Assembly (NCBI GenBank): GCA_963779415.1
Contig: CAVZYA010000001.1
Span: forward strand, 224,001 to 288,000
Reading direction: 5' to 3'
Origin: an uncultured Acidobacteriota bacterium
GTDB lineage: Bacteria > Acidobacteriota > Thermoanaerobaculia > UBA5066
Length of the DNA: 64,000 nt
Shown here: positions 11,262 to 21,374 of the stretch, in pieces
How positions within the stretch are numbered: position 1 is the first letter of the stretch
How the letters are laid out: each line of letters opens with the position of its first letter
The notes under the pieces: model-generated
The model's input: only the letters and a program-made list of their open reading frames with translations
Databases searched by the model: none
What the model was told of the DNA's origin: nothing
Made by a program: the position numbers and the translations under genes

Positions 11262-12004
11262 CGGCGATCTATCCAGTCTCGAGCATTCTCTCCCAGCGCG
11301 AGAAGCGGGTGGCGCTGGCCGGCTCGGCCGACGGCCCGCTCAAGGGCGCGGCCGCCATCCTGAAGCGCGCGGGGTATCTGGTCGCCCATGCCGAAGATCC
11401 GGAGGGGCTTCTCGGCCTCGAGGCGGGAATCGCGCCGGACCTGCTCATCTTCGATTCGGCCTTCCCGCCGGACGGAGCCGTCCTCGCCGCACAACGGCTT
11501 CGGGCGCGATCGTACTGGCGATTCGTCTCGATGATGTTCACCGTTCCCGCCGGCTCCCCGAACCTCGAGAAGGTGCTCGACGCCGGAATCAACGACGTCC
11601 TCCTCCATCCCTTCCCGGCCGAAGAACTTCTTGCCAAGGCCCGGCGCCTGACCGTGATCCCGGCGCGCCGCGAGCTGAATACGGTGGCGCGCGTCCGCGA
11701 TCCTCGCGAGGGCCCGGTGCAGGCCGGCAAGACGCTCAACGTCTCGTCCAACGGGATCCTCGTCGAGACGGAATCGCCTCTCATCATCGGGCGAACCGTG
11801 GAGATCGAGTTCCTCCTCCCCGGTGACCCGGAGCCGGTCCGCTCGACGGCGAGGGTCATCCGCCGGACGACGGAGCTGGACCTCCTGCATCCTGCCTTCG
11901 GCGTCCGTTTCGTCGAAATGCCGGAGAAGGACCAGAAGCGGATCGAGACGTTCGTCCGGACCCGCGAGCGCGAGGGAGCGCTCCGGCCGACGGCGGCCGG
12001 TTGA
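11258..12004 (+). CDS. Receiver-like plus PilZ domain protein
   Basis: PDLLIFD...AGINDVLLHPF receiver-like segment, then NVSSNG and FGVRF PilZ elements. Confidence 0.75.
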   Translation: MTAIYPVSSILSQREKRVALAGSADGPLKGAAAILKRAGYLVAHAEDPEGLLGLEAGIAPDLLIFDSAFPPDGAVLAAQRLRARSYWRFVSMMFTVPAGSPNLEKVLDAGINDVLLHPFPAEELLAKARRLTVIPARRELNTVARVRDPREGPVQAGKTLNVSSNGILVETESPLIIGRTVEIEFLLPGDPEPVRSTARVIRRTTELDLLHPAFGVRFVEMPEKDQKRIETFVRTREREGALRPTAAG

Positions 12005-12029
12005 CGGGCCTCACGGGCGCGCATATCCT
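12001..12029 (+). promoter_or_regulatory. sigma70 promoter for tRNA-Leu
   Basis: TTGACG-17 nt-TATCCT just upstream of the tRNA. Confidence 0.65.
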
Positions 12030-12051
12030 TCCGCCCCTCCCGGCCTCGACC

Positions 12052-12141
12052 GCGAAAGTGGCGGAACTGGCAGACGCGCAAGGCTCAGGACCTTGTGGCC
12101 CTTACCCGGCCGTGGGGGTTCGAGTCCCCCCTTTCGCACCA
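12052..12141 (+). tRNA. tRNA-Leu (CAG)
   Basis: GCGAAAG/CTTTCGC acceptor stem, CT-CAG-GA anticodon loop, long variable arm, GTTCGAGTC T-loop, encoded CCA. Confidence 0.96.
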
Positions 12142-12146
12142 ATCCT

Positions 12147-14465
12147 ATGAGTTCGCCCCCTCTCACCGACCGGATCGTCGAGGCGCTCACGCCCCGCGGC
12201 TCCCGGATCCTCACGTTCTCCGACCTCGCGCGGAAGCTCCTCGGGCCCGAGCCCCCGGGGACCGACGTCGATCGCCTGCGCTCCTCCGTCGCGGAGATGG
12301 AGCGCGAAGGGCGCGTCGTCCGGGTGCGGGGCGAGAAGCTGACCCTCATCGAATACACGGATTTCGCGGCCGGCACGCTCGGGTTCCGCGGCGAGGGGCG
12401 GCCGGTCCTTCTCTCCGGAGAGAGGGGTTCGCCGGATCTCCCGATCCTGGGCGGCCATCTCGGGACAGCGCTCGACGGCGACACCGTACTCGTCCGGGTG
12501 GAGGGCCCGAAGGCGGCGAAGGGACGCCGGCTCGCCCCGCCGTTTGCGCGCGCCGGCGTCGTCGTGAAGGTGCTCGTCCGGCGCCGCGACACGGTCGTCG
12601 GAAAGATCGTGCGAGGTCCCGAGGGGACCTTCGTCGTCCCGTTCGACCGGAAGATCGACGCGCGGCTCCGCGTTCCGGACGGCAAGGACCTCGAGTCGCC
12701 CGACGGCATCTTCGTGGAGGCGCGGATCCTCGCCTGGCCGGACGACAAGCGGCTCGCCCTCGCCGAGGTGACGGAGCGGATCGGTTTCGAAGGGGAGGCC
12801 GGCGTCGACGTCGAGGTCGTGGCGCGGAAGTGGGGCCTCCCGCGGATCTACTCCGAGGCGTCGCTTCGCGAGGCCGAGGCGGCTTCGGGCGCCGTGGACC
12901 GAGCGGAGCGCGCCGCCCGCGCCGACTACACGGGGCGGACGATCGTCACGATCGACGGGGAGACGGCCCGCGACTTCGACGACGCCATCGAGGCCGAGGA
13001 GCTTCCCGGCGGAGGCTTCCGGATCGGCGTCCACATCGCCGACGTGTCGCACTACGTCCGCGTCGGAAGCGCCCTGGACGCCGAGGCGTTCGAGCGGGGG
13101 ACGTCGGTCTACTTTCCCGACCGCGCCCTCGCGATGCTCCCCGAGCGGCTCTCGAACGACCTCTGCTCGCTTCGGCCCGACGAGGAGCGGAGGACCGTCT
13201 CGGCGATCCTGACCCTCGACGCGGCGGGGGAGACCGTGAAGGCCGAGTTCTCGCGAAGCCTGATCCGGTCGAAGGCGCGGCTGACATACACCGAAGTCGG
13301 GGATTTCTTAGAAGGGGAAGAGGGGAAGCGGTCGGACGCACCACGATCGGCCCTGCGCGAACCTACAGCGCAGCAATCTTCACCTTCTAAGAAGATCTTC
13401 TCTCCAGACGTCTGTCAGATGCTCCGCGTCGCGCAGAAGGCGGCTCGTCTGATCCGCGAGAAGCGGGAGAAGCGGGGGTCGCTCGACTTCGACCTTCCGG
13501 ACGCCGACGTCATCCTCGGGGAGACGGGGGACGTCGTCGCGATCACGAAGGCGGTCCGGAACGAGGCGCACCGGCTGATCGAGGAGTTCATGATCGCGGC
13601 GAACGAGGCCGTGGCGAAGCACCTCGTCTTCGTTCCGACCCCGGCCCCGTACCGGGTCCACGACCGGCCGGACGAGAGCCGCCTCGTCGACCTCCGTGCC
13701 GTCCTCGGGCCGCTCGGCTACGACATCCCGGAGGACGAAGGCGAGGTGACCCCCGGCATCTTCCAGGCGATCCTCGAGCAGGCCGAAGGAAAGCCCGAGG
13801 AGCGCTTCGTGTCGGACCTCGTCCTTCGCGCGCAGCGAAAGGCGGTCTACTCCGAGGAATGCCGCGGTCACTATGCCCTCGCGGCGACGTATTACACGCA
13901 CTTCACGTCGCCCATCCGCCGTTATCCGGACCTCCTCGTCCACCGCGCCCTCGTGGAATGGCTGGAGACCCGACGGGCGCCCGAGGGGGAGGAGGCCGAG
14001 GGAAGGACGCGATGGCTGAAGAGAGCTTCCGTCCACGCGTCCGAGCGCGAGCGCCGGGCCGAGTCGGCCGAGCGGGAAGCGGTCGCCTGGAAGAAGTTCG
14101 TCTACCTGAAGGACCGGGTCGGAGAGGAGTTCGACGCGTGGGTGACCGCCGTCGTCGGCTTCGGTCTCTTCGTGACGCTCGACACGGTCTTCGTGGACGG
14201 CCTCGTCCCGATCAGCTCGCTCGAGGACGACTTCTACCGGTACGACGACGTCGGGCACCAGCTCGTCGGCGCCCAGTTCGGCCGGGTCTATCGCCTCGGG
14301 GACCGGCTGCGCGTGAAGCTGACTCGTGCCGACTCCGAACGTCGGGCTCTCGACTTCCGCCCCGTGGGGGAGTCGGCCGGACGCCCTCGGCGGAGCGGCG
14401 TTGCGGCGCCTCAGCGGCGGCCGCCCCGGCGGACGGGGCGCGGCGGGAGGGGCCCGCGGCGATGA
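12147..14465 (+). CDS. rnr: Ribonuclease R
   Basis: TIDGETARDFDDAI, HIADVSHYV, YTHFTSPIRRYPDL, S1 domain and basic tail. Confidence 0.95.
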   Translation: MSSPPLTDRIVEALTPRGSRILTFSDLARKLLGPEPPGTDVDRLRSSVAEMEREGRVVRVRGEKLTLIEYTDFAAGTLGFRGEGRPVLLSGERGSPDLPILGGHLGTALDGDTVLVRVEGPKAAKGRRLAPPFARAGVVVKVLVRRRDTVVGKIVRGPEGTFVVPFDRKIDARLRVPDGKDLESPDGIFVEARILAWPDDKRLALAEVTERIGFEGEAGVDVEVVARKWGLPRIYSEASLREAEAASGAVDRAERAARADYTGRTIVTIDGETARDFDDAIEAEELPGGGFRIGVHIADVSHYVRVGSALDAEAFERGTSVYFPDRALAMLPERLSNDLCSLRPDEERRTVSAILTLDAAGETVKAEFSRSLIRSKARLTYTEVGDFLEGEEGKRSDAPRSALREPTAQQSSPSKKIFSPDVCQMLRVAQKAARLIREKREKRGSLDFDLPDADVILGETGDVVAITKAVRNEAHRLIEEFMIAANEAVAKHLVFVPTPAPYRVHDRPDESRLVDLRAVLGPLGYDIPEDEGEVTPGIFQAILEQAEGKPEERFVSDLVLRAQRKAVYSEECRGHYALAATYYTHFTSPIRRYPDLLVHRALVEWLETRRAPEGEEAEGRTRWLKRASVHASERERRAESAEREAVAWKKFVYLKDRVGEEFDAWVTAVVGFGLFVTLDTVFVDGLVPISSLEDDFYRYDDVGHQLVGAQFGRVYRLGDRLRVKLTRADSERRALDFRPVGESAGRPRRSGVAAPQRRPPRRTGRGGRGPRR

Positions 14466-15802
14466 CCGAAACCGGCGCGGGACCTTTCCGGCCGCTGCGT
14501 GTCGTCCTCGTGGGCCGGCCGAACGTCGGAAAGAGCGCGCTCTTCAATCGCCTCGCGGGGATGCGCCGGGCGCTCGTTCACGACCGCCCGGGGATGACGC
14601 GCGACGCGCTGGAGGGCCCCGCGAAAACCTCGGGAGACCGCCCGTACGTCGTCGTCGACACGGGAGGGCTCGACCTCGACGCCGCGGGTGGCTTCGCCGC
14701 CTGGACGAGCGAGCGGGCCCTCGCGACCGTTGCCGATGCCGACCTGATTCTCCTCGTCCTCGACGGAGCCGCCGGGCTTCTTCCCGAGGACCGAAGGGTC
14801 GCGGCGCGTCTTCGGATGCTCGGAAAGCCCGTCGTCGCCGTCTGGAACAAGGTCGACACGCGCGCCGCTTCCGAAGCGGCTTCCGAGGCGTACGAGCTGG
14901 GATTCCCGGAGGTCGTCGCCGTCTCGGCGCTTCACGGCACCGGACAGGACGAGCTGGACGCCCTGATCGAGAAGCGCCTTCCGGCGGAGCTTCTCGGGGA
15001 GTCGCACGCCGAGCCGCTCCCGGTCGCGGTGGTCGGCCGCCCGAACGTCGGGAAGTCGTCGCTCGTGAACGCCCTCGTCGGCGCGGATCGTGTGATGGTC
15101 TCCGAGATCGCCGGAACGACACGGGATTCGATCGACGTCGTCCTGACGAAGGGCGGGCGGAGCTACCTTCTGGTCGACACGGCGGGGATGCGGCGGAAGG
15201 GGAAGACGACCGACTCGGCCGAGAAGCTCTCCGTCGTCGCCGCCCGGAAATCGATGGAGCGGGCGCGGGTGGCCGTCATCGTCTTCGACGCTTCGGAGGG
15301 GATCACGGCGCAGGACGCGCACATCGCCGGTTACGCCGAGGAGGCGGGGCGCGCTCTCGTCCTCGTCGCGAACAAGTGGGACCTCATCGAGAGGGACCGC
15401 GAAAAGGTAAAGAACCTCCGGGACGAGGTGAAGCGGCGCTTCGTCTTCACGAGGACGAGCCTCTTCCTCCCGATCTCGGCTTTGACGGGGCGCGGCGTCG
15501 GAAAGGTCCTGCCCGAGGTCGACGCCGTCGTCGGGCGGTTCGCGACGAAGATGTCGACCGGCGAGCTGAACCGGATCCTCCGCCGGGCCTTCGACCGGCA
15601 GGCTCCGACCGGGCGCTCCGGGCGCGAGCTGAAGATCCGCTACGCCGTGCAGGTCCGGAGCGGGCCCCCTCTCGTCCGGCTCTTCGCCGACCGGTCCGAG
15701 CTGCTTCATTTCTCCTTCGAGCGGTACCTCCAGAACCGTCTTCGCGAGGCTTTTCCCCTGGACGGCGTGCCTGTCCGATTCGAGGTCCAGAAGAGCGATT
15801 GA
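14462..15802 (+). CDS. der: Ribosome biogenesis GTPase Der
   Basis: Two GRPNVGKS P-loops, DTGG/DTAG, NKVD/NKWD. Confidence 0.96.
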   Translation: MTETGAGPFRPLRVVLVGRPNVGKSALFNRLAGMRRALVHDRPGMTRDALEGPAKTSGDRPYVVVDTGGLDLDAAGGFAAWTSERALATVADADLILLVLDGAAGLLPEDRRVAARLRMLGKPVVAVWNKVDTRAASEAASEAYELGFPEVVAVSALHGTGQDELDALIEKRLPAELLGESHAEPLPVAVVGRPNVGKSSLVNALVGADRVMVSEIAGTTRDSIDVVLTKGGRSYLLVDTAGMRRKGKTTDSAEKLSVVAARKSMERARVAVIVFDASEGITAQDAHIAGYAEEAGRALVLVANKWDLIERDREKVKNLRDEVKRRFVFTRTSLFLPISALTGRGVGKVLPEVDAVVGRFATKMSTGELNRILRRAFDRQAPTGRSGRELKIRYAVQVRSGPPLVRLFADRSELLHFSFERYLQNRLREAFPLDGVPVRFEVQKSD

Positions 15803-15849
15803 GCCTCTGTGCCAGGCCGCTCTCGTGTCAGAATGAAGCGGCAGACCCG

Positions 15850-16386
15850 ATGGCCGAGGCACAGAACCCGAACCTTCCCGCGGCGGCTCCACTCGGGGCC
15901 GAGACGCGATACAAGATCGGCGACGTCTGCCGGATCGCCGACGTACAGCCGTACGTCCTTCGGTACTGGGAATCCGAGTTTCCTTCCCTCGCCCCGGACC
16001 GGAACGTCCCCGGCCCCCGCACCTACTCGGCGCGGGAGCTTCGAACCATCGAACAGATCAAGCGGCTTCTCTACGACGAGGGATACACGATCGCGGGGGC
16101 GAAGAAGAGACTCGAGACCGAGGCCGGCGGACGCCCCCCGGCCATGGAGCCCGAGTCCAGGCCTCTCCCGCCCGCGCCGCGCCCTCGCGAGAAGGCGTCT
16201 GGCGAGACCAAGCCCCCGACGAAGCGGTCGGCGGCGGAGACGCCGCTTCCTCTGGTCGAGATGGAGCCGCCTGCGGCGATCGAGCCGGTCGCGGCGGCAG
16301 CCGTTTCGCCGCCTTCCGATCCACGCCTCCCGGCCGCCGTGGCCGAGCTGAAGGAGCTGCTGAAGACTCTCTCGCGGAAGCTCTGA
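15850..16386 (+). CDS. MerR-family HTH regulator with Pro-rich C-terminus
   Basis: YKIGDVCRIADVQPYVLRYWESEFP...LLYDEGYTIAGAKK. Confidence 0.9.
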   Translation: MAEAQNPNLPAAAPLGAETRYKIGDVCRIADVQPYVLRYWESEFPSLAPDRNVPGPRTYSARELRTIEQIKRLLYDEGYTIAGAKKRLETEAGGRPPAMEPESRPLPPAPRPREKASGETKPPTKRSAAETPLPLVEMEPPAAIEPVAAAAVSPPSDPRLPAAVAELKELLKTLSRKL

Positions 16387-16416
16387 CGCCCGGTCGCCGC
16401 TGTTAGCATTCCCGCA

Positions 16417-17286
16417 ATGAGTCCCGAAAACGGGGCAGGGTCCGTCCGCTCGCTCGTGCGGAGGCGTGACGGCTCCGTCGAGTCGTTCGGCGAGGACGCG
16501 CTCGTCGTCGAGGAGCCGCTCGAGATCCGTGTGCGCGAAGGTTCGTCGGAGCCGGTCCGGTTGCTCGTCACCATGCGAACTCCCGGCCACGACGAGGATC
16601 TCGCGGCGGGACTTCTCTTCAGCGAGGGGATCGTCGAGTCACCCGGCGAGCTTCACGGATTTTCCCGCCCGGACAACCCTTCCATGGCGCCCGAGCTGGT
16701 CCGGAACGTGATCGTCGTGACGATTGCGCCGCTCGACCGCGGACGGTCCATGGCCGTTCGGCACGCCGGATTCGTCTCGTCCGCATGCGGCGTCTGCGGA
16801 GACCTTTCGATCGGCGAGGTCGCGCTGCGGGCGGCCGCGGCACGGCACCGCGCGGGGGAAGGCGAGCGCGCCGGGCCGGTCGTCTCCGCTCCGCTACTCC
16901 TGGCTCTCCCCGACTCCCTTCGGCGGGAGCAGGCGCTCTTCCGCTCCACGGGGGGCCTGCACGCGGCCGGACTCTTCGGAGAGGACGGAGCCCCCGCGGT
17001 CATCCGTGAGGACGTGGGCCGGCACAACGCGACGGACAAGGCCATCGGCTCCTGCCTTCGGGAGCGGCGTCCCGTCCCGCCTATCCTCCTCGTCTCGGGG
17101 CGGCTCGGCTTCGAGATCGCCCAGAAGGCGGCGCTCGCGGGGGTACGGATTCTCTGCTCCGTCTCGGCGCCGACGAGCCTGGCCGTACAGCTCGCGGAGG
17201 AGACGGGGATGACGGTGGTGGGGTTCCTCCGGGGAGAGCGTTTCAATGTTTACGCGCACCCGGCGCGTGTCTCACAAGCCGTTTGA
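16417..17286 (+). CDS. fdhD: Formate dehydrogenase accessory sulfurtransferase
   Basis: EEPLEI, TMRTPG, SACGVCG, TGGLHAA, EDVGRHNA.DK. Confidence 0.95.
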   Translation: MSPENGAGSVRSLVRRRDGSVESFGEDALVVEEPLEIRVREGSSEPVRLLVTMRTPGHDEDLAAGLLFSEGIVESPGELHGFSRPDNPSMAPELVRNVIVVTIAPLDRGRSMAVRHAGFVSSACGVCGDLSIGEVALRAAAARHRAGEGERAGPVVSAPLLLALPDSLRREQALFRSTGGLHAAGLFGEDGAPAVIREDVGRHNATDKAIGSCLRERRPVPPILLVSGRLGFEIAQKAALAGVRILCSVSAPTSLAVQLAEETGMTVVGFLRGERFNVYAHPARVSQAV

Positions 17287-17378
17287 TTGATAATGGCTCT
17301 CGTTTCTGCTGCGCGTTAATCCGTGATGGGTGATACCGTTTCTGCACGGGGATTCCGGCACGGAACAGGAGGTCGGCC

Positions 17379-20300
17379 ATGCGGCTGTCTCGCAGAGGAT
17401 TCCTGAAGGCCGGAGCGGTGGGCGGCGGCGTCGCTCTCGGCTTCGACCTCTCCGAGGCCCATGCCGAGATGCGCGAGTTCAAGATCTCGCGCACCACGGA
17501 GACGCGCAGTACCTGCCCCTACTGCGCAGTTTCCTGCGGCTTGATCATCCATACGCTGGGCGACAGGGCCAAGAACGCCACGGCCTCCGTCGTCCACGTC
17601 GAGGGCGATCCCGACCATCCGATCAACCGGGGCACGCTCTGTCCGAAGGGAACGACGGTCAAGGACGACATCAACAGCCCGAACCGGCTGCTGAAGCCTC
17701 GGGTGCGGAAGCCGGGCTCCGACACGTGGGAAGACATCTCCTGGGACGAGGCGATCGGCAGGATCGCGCGGCACATCAAGGAGACGCGCGACCGGTGTTT
17801 CGTCGCCAGGAACGCCAAGGGCCAGGTCGTCAACCGGAATCCCGGGATGGCGATGATCGGCGGATGCACGGACACGACGGAGTTCAATTTCCTCTACTGG
17901 AAGGCGGCCTCGGCCTGGGGCGTTCCGTACCGGGACACACAAGCCCGGGTTTGACATGGGCCCACGGTGGCCAGTCTGGCCGCCACGTTCGGGCGAGGGG
18001 CGATGACGAACGGATGGGTCGACATCAAGAATGCCGACGTCGTCTTCATCATGGGAGGGAACCCCGCCGAGAACCACCCCTGCGGCTTCAAGTGGGCCAT
18101 CGAGGCCAAGAAGACCCGTGACGCGAAGATCGTCGTCGTGGATCCCCGTTTCACACGGACGGCGGCGGTCGCCGACCTCTACTCTCCGATCCGCGTCGGA
18201 ACCGACATCGCCTATCTCCTCGGGATCATCCGGTATGCGATCGACCAGAAGCGGTTCCACGAAGAGTACGTCAAGATCCACACGAACGCGCCCTATCTCG
18301 TCGGGGAGAAATTTGCCTTCGAGGACGGCCTCTTCGCGGGATTCGACGAAACCAAGCACGCCTACGAGAAGTCCGCCTGGGGGTACGAGGCGGACCCGAA
18401 GACGAAGAGCTATTCCCTGGATCCGACGCTTCAGGACCCCCGGTGTGTCTTCCAGCTGCTGAAAAGGCACGTCGATCGCTACACGCCGGAGATGGTCGAG
18501 AAGATCTGCGGCACGCCGAAGGAGACATTCCTCAAGGTCGCCGAGGCCGTGACCTCCACCGGAAACGCCCGGAGGGTCGGCACGATCCTCTACGCGCTGG
18601 GATGGACGCAGCATTCCGTCGGGGTCCAGATGATTCGCGCGGCGGCCATGCTTCAGCTTCTCCTCGGGAACGTCGGGCGCCCGGGAGGCGGCGTCAACGC
18701 GCTGAGAGGCCACTCGAACATCCAGGGGGCGACCGACACGGCGGGCGTCTTCGACATCCTGCCGGGATACCTCAAGACTCCGCCTGCCGACGCGCAGACG
18801 TTGAAGGACTACCTCGAGGCCGCGACCCCGACCACGCTCGGCAAGCAGGCGTGGCCGAGCATGAACTACTGGCAGAACTACCCGAAGTTCATGGTCTCTC
18901 TCCTGAAGGGGCTCTACGCCAAGGCGGCCACCCGGGAGAACGAGTTCGGCTACGGCTGGCTCCCGAAAGTCGACGGGAACTACTCGTGGATGACCATCTT
19001 CGACGACATGTACCGCGGGAGCTCGATCCGCGCCGGCGGAGCGGAGCCCGGCCCCGAAGGCCTCATGACGTTCGGAATGAACCCGGTCGGCATCGGGCCG
19101 AACGTCCGGAAGATGATCGGAGCCCAATCCAGGCTCAAGTGGCTCGTCGTCGTCGAGAACCACGAGGTCGAGACCTCCACGTTCTGGAAGGCCCCGAACG
19201 AGTACGGCGGCGCGGACCCGTCCAAGATCCAGACCGAGGTCTTCCTCCTCCCCGCGAGCAACTTCGCGGAAAAGGACGGTTCTTTCACGAACTCGGCCCG
19301 CTGGATCCAGTGGAAGTGGAAGGCCCTCGATCCTCCCGGGCAGGCCAGGATGGACCACGAGATCCTGGCGAGGATCTTTCTCGCGGTCCGCGATCTCTAC
19401 CGCAAGGAAGACGGCGTCTTCCCCGAAGCGATCGTGAACGTCTCGTGGAGCTACACGAACCCGGCCGTGCCCGACCTCTCGGAGGTCCTCAAGGAGCTGA
19501 ACGGTAAGGCGCTCGAAGACATCCACGACCCGAAGGACAAGACCAGGATTCTCAAGGCCGAAGGTCAGCAGCTCGACGGATTCGTCCAGCTCCAGGACGA
19601 CGGCTCCACCATGTGCGGCAACTGGCTGATGTCGGGCGTCTACACCGAGGCGGGGAACATGGCGCAACGCCGGAGCCCGGTGGACGACCCGAGCGGCCTC
19701 GGCATGTACCACAACTGGAGCTTCTCCTGGCCCGCGAACCGCCGCGTCATGTACAACCGGGCGTCCGCGGACGAGAACGGCAATCCGTGGGATCCGACGC
19801 GCGTCGGGATCAAATGGAACGGCGAGAAATGGGTCGGAGACGTTCCCGACATGAAGCCGGACGCGCCCCCGGGAACCTTCGGCGCCTTCATCATGCTTCC
19901 CGAGGGGGTCGGCCGGCTCTACGCGGCCGTCCTGAACGACGGTCCGTTCCCCGAGCACTACGAGGCGGTCGAGTCGGCCTGCGACAACGTCCTGCACCCG
20001 AGGGTCACGTCGAACCCGGTCGTCACGAGGTTCCATTCGGACCTGGACATCTACGGCACGCGCGAGAAGTTCCCCATCGTGTGCACGACCTACCGGCTCA
20101 CCGAGATGTACCACTACTGGACGCAGCACCTGCCGCGGCTGAACATGCTCCAGCCCGGACAATTCATCGAGATCCCCGAGGAGCTCGCCAGGGAAAAGGG
20201 GATCCCGAACGGCAGCCGGGTGAAGGTCACCTCGGCTCGCGGGTCGCTCGAGGGCGTGGCGATGGTGACGAAACGTCTGAAGCCCACTCGGGTGGACGGA

Positions 20301-20459
20301 AAGACCCTCTGGCAGATCGGCTTCCCGCTGCACTGGGGCTTCGCGGGCGAGAAGGGCCACAAGGGGACGCTGGCGAACCTCCTGACACCGACCGCCGGAG
20401 ACCCCAACACGTGGACTCCGGAATTCAAGAGCTTCCTCGTGACGCTCGAGAAGGCGTGA
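17379..20459 (+). CDS. fdnG: Formate dehydrogenase-N alpha subunit, selenoprotein (TGA 17952-17954 = Sec)
   Basis: Tat signal SRRGFLK, CPYCAVSC...C, QARV-U-HGPTVASL; the two track ORFs are in the same frame across the TGA. Confidence 0.95.
17955..17990 (+). promoter_or_regulatory. Bacterial SECIS hairpin
   Basis: GGTGGCCA-GTC-TGGCCGCC stem-loop starting about 11 nt after the UGA. Confidence 0.8.
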
Positions 20460-20469
20460 GGAGGCGGCC

Positions 20470-21357
20470 ATGAGCGCTCAGAACCTCGAGATCACCCGCT
20501 CGTCCGCCTCGGTCTGGGGGAGCAGGAGCGGGCTGCGATCCCTCCCGACCGTCTCGAAGCTCATCGACACGTCCACGTGTATCGGGTGCAAGGCGTGCGA
20601 GGTCGCGTGCCAGGAATGGAACGACCTGGAGGTCGTCGAGACGGAGCAGAGGGGCACCTACCAGACGATGTCGACGCTCGACGCGAGCTTCTGGAACCTG
20701 ATCCGGTTCGACGAGAGGGAGGTCGACGGGGGGATCAAGTGGCTGATGCGGAAGGACCAGTGCATGCACTGCGCCGACCCGGGCTGCCTCGAGGCCTGCC
20801 CGGCCCCCGGTGCGCTGGTCCAGTACGCAAACGGCATCGTCGACGTGAACGCCGCGCAGTGCATCGGCTGCGGCTACTGCTCGACGGGATGTCCGTTCGA
20901 CGTGCCGCGCTTCTCGGCGAAGACCGGGAAGATGGCCAAGTGCACGCTCTGCGTCGACCGGGTCTCGGTCGGCCTCGAGCCGGCCTGCATCAAGGCCTGC
21001 CCGACGGGATGTCTCCATTTCGGGACCAAGGACGACATGCTCGTCCTCGGGCAGCAGCGAATCGCACAGCTCAAGGCGGCCGGATACGCCAGCGCCACCC
21101 TCTACGATCCCTCCGGAGTCGGCGGCACCGGCGTCGTGACCCTCCTCGTGCACGGCGACAATCCGGAGTGGTACGGCAACCTCCCGAAGAACCCGAGGAT
21201 TCCCGTCCTCGTCGGCTTCTGGAAGAGATTCCTCCGGCCGCTCGGCTTCCTGGCGATCGTGGGCGCCGTCATCGGCGCGTTCGGCCACCACCTCTACCAT
21301 GGCAACAAGGGCCACGTCGATCCGGGTCCCCGCGACCCGGACGAGCCGTCGGCGTGA
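20470..21357 (+). CDS. fdnH: Formate dehydrogenase beta (Fe-S) subunit
   Basis: Four Cys clusters (CIGCKAC, CMHC..PGC, CIGCGYC, CTLC), C-terminal TM. Confidence 0.95.
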   Translation: MSAQNLEITRSSASVWGSRSGLRSLPTVSKLIDTSTCIGCKACEVACQEWNDLEVVETEQRGTYQTMSTLDASFWNLIRFDEREVDGGIKWLMRKDQCMHCADPGCLEACPAPGALVQYANGIVDVNAAQCIGCGYCSTGCPFDVPRFSAKTGKMAKCTLCVDRVSVGLEPACIKACPTGCLHFGTKDDMLVLGQQRIAQLKAAGYASATLYDPSGVGGTGVVTLLVHGDNPEWYGNLPKNPRIPVLVGFWKRFLRPLGFLAIVGAVIGAFGHHLYHGNKGHVDPGPRDPDEPSA

Positions 21358-21374
21358 GGCGAAGGGAGATCGCC

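Noticed and set aside
17316-20471. 1051-aa minus-strand ORF and other long antisense ORFs (e.g. 45850-49839, 54124-57033, 59190-61808)
   Set aside because: Shadow ORFs opposite well-supported genes, expected from high-GC codon bias
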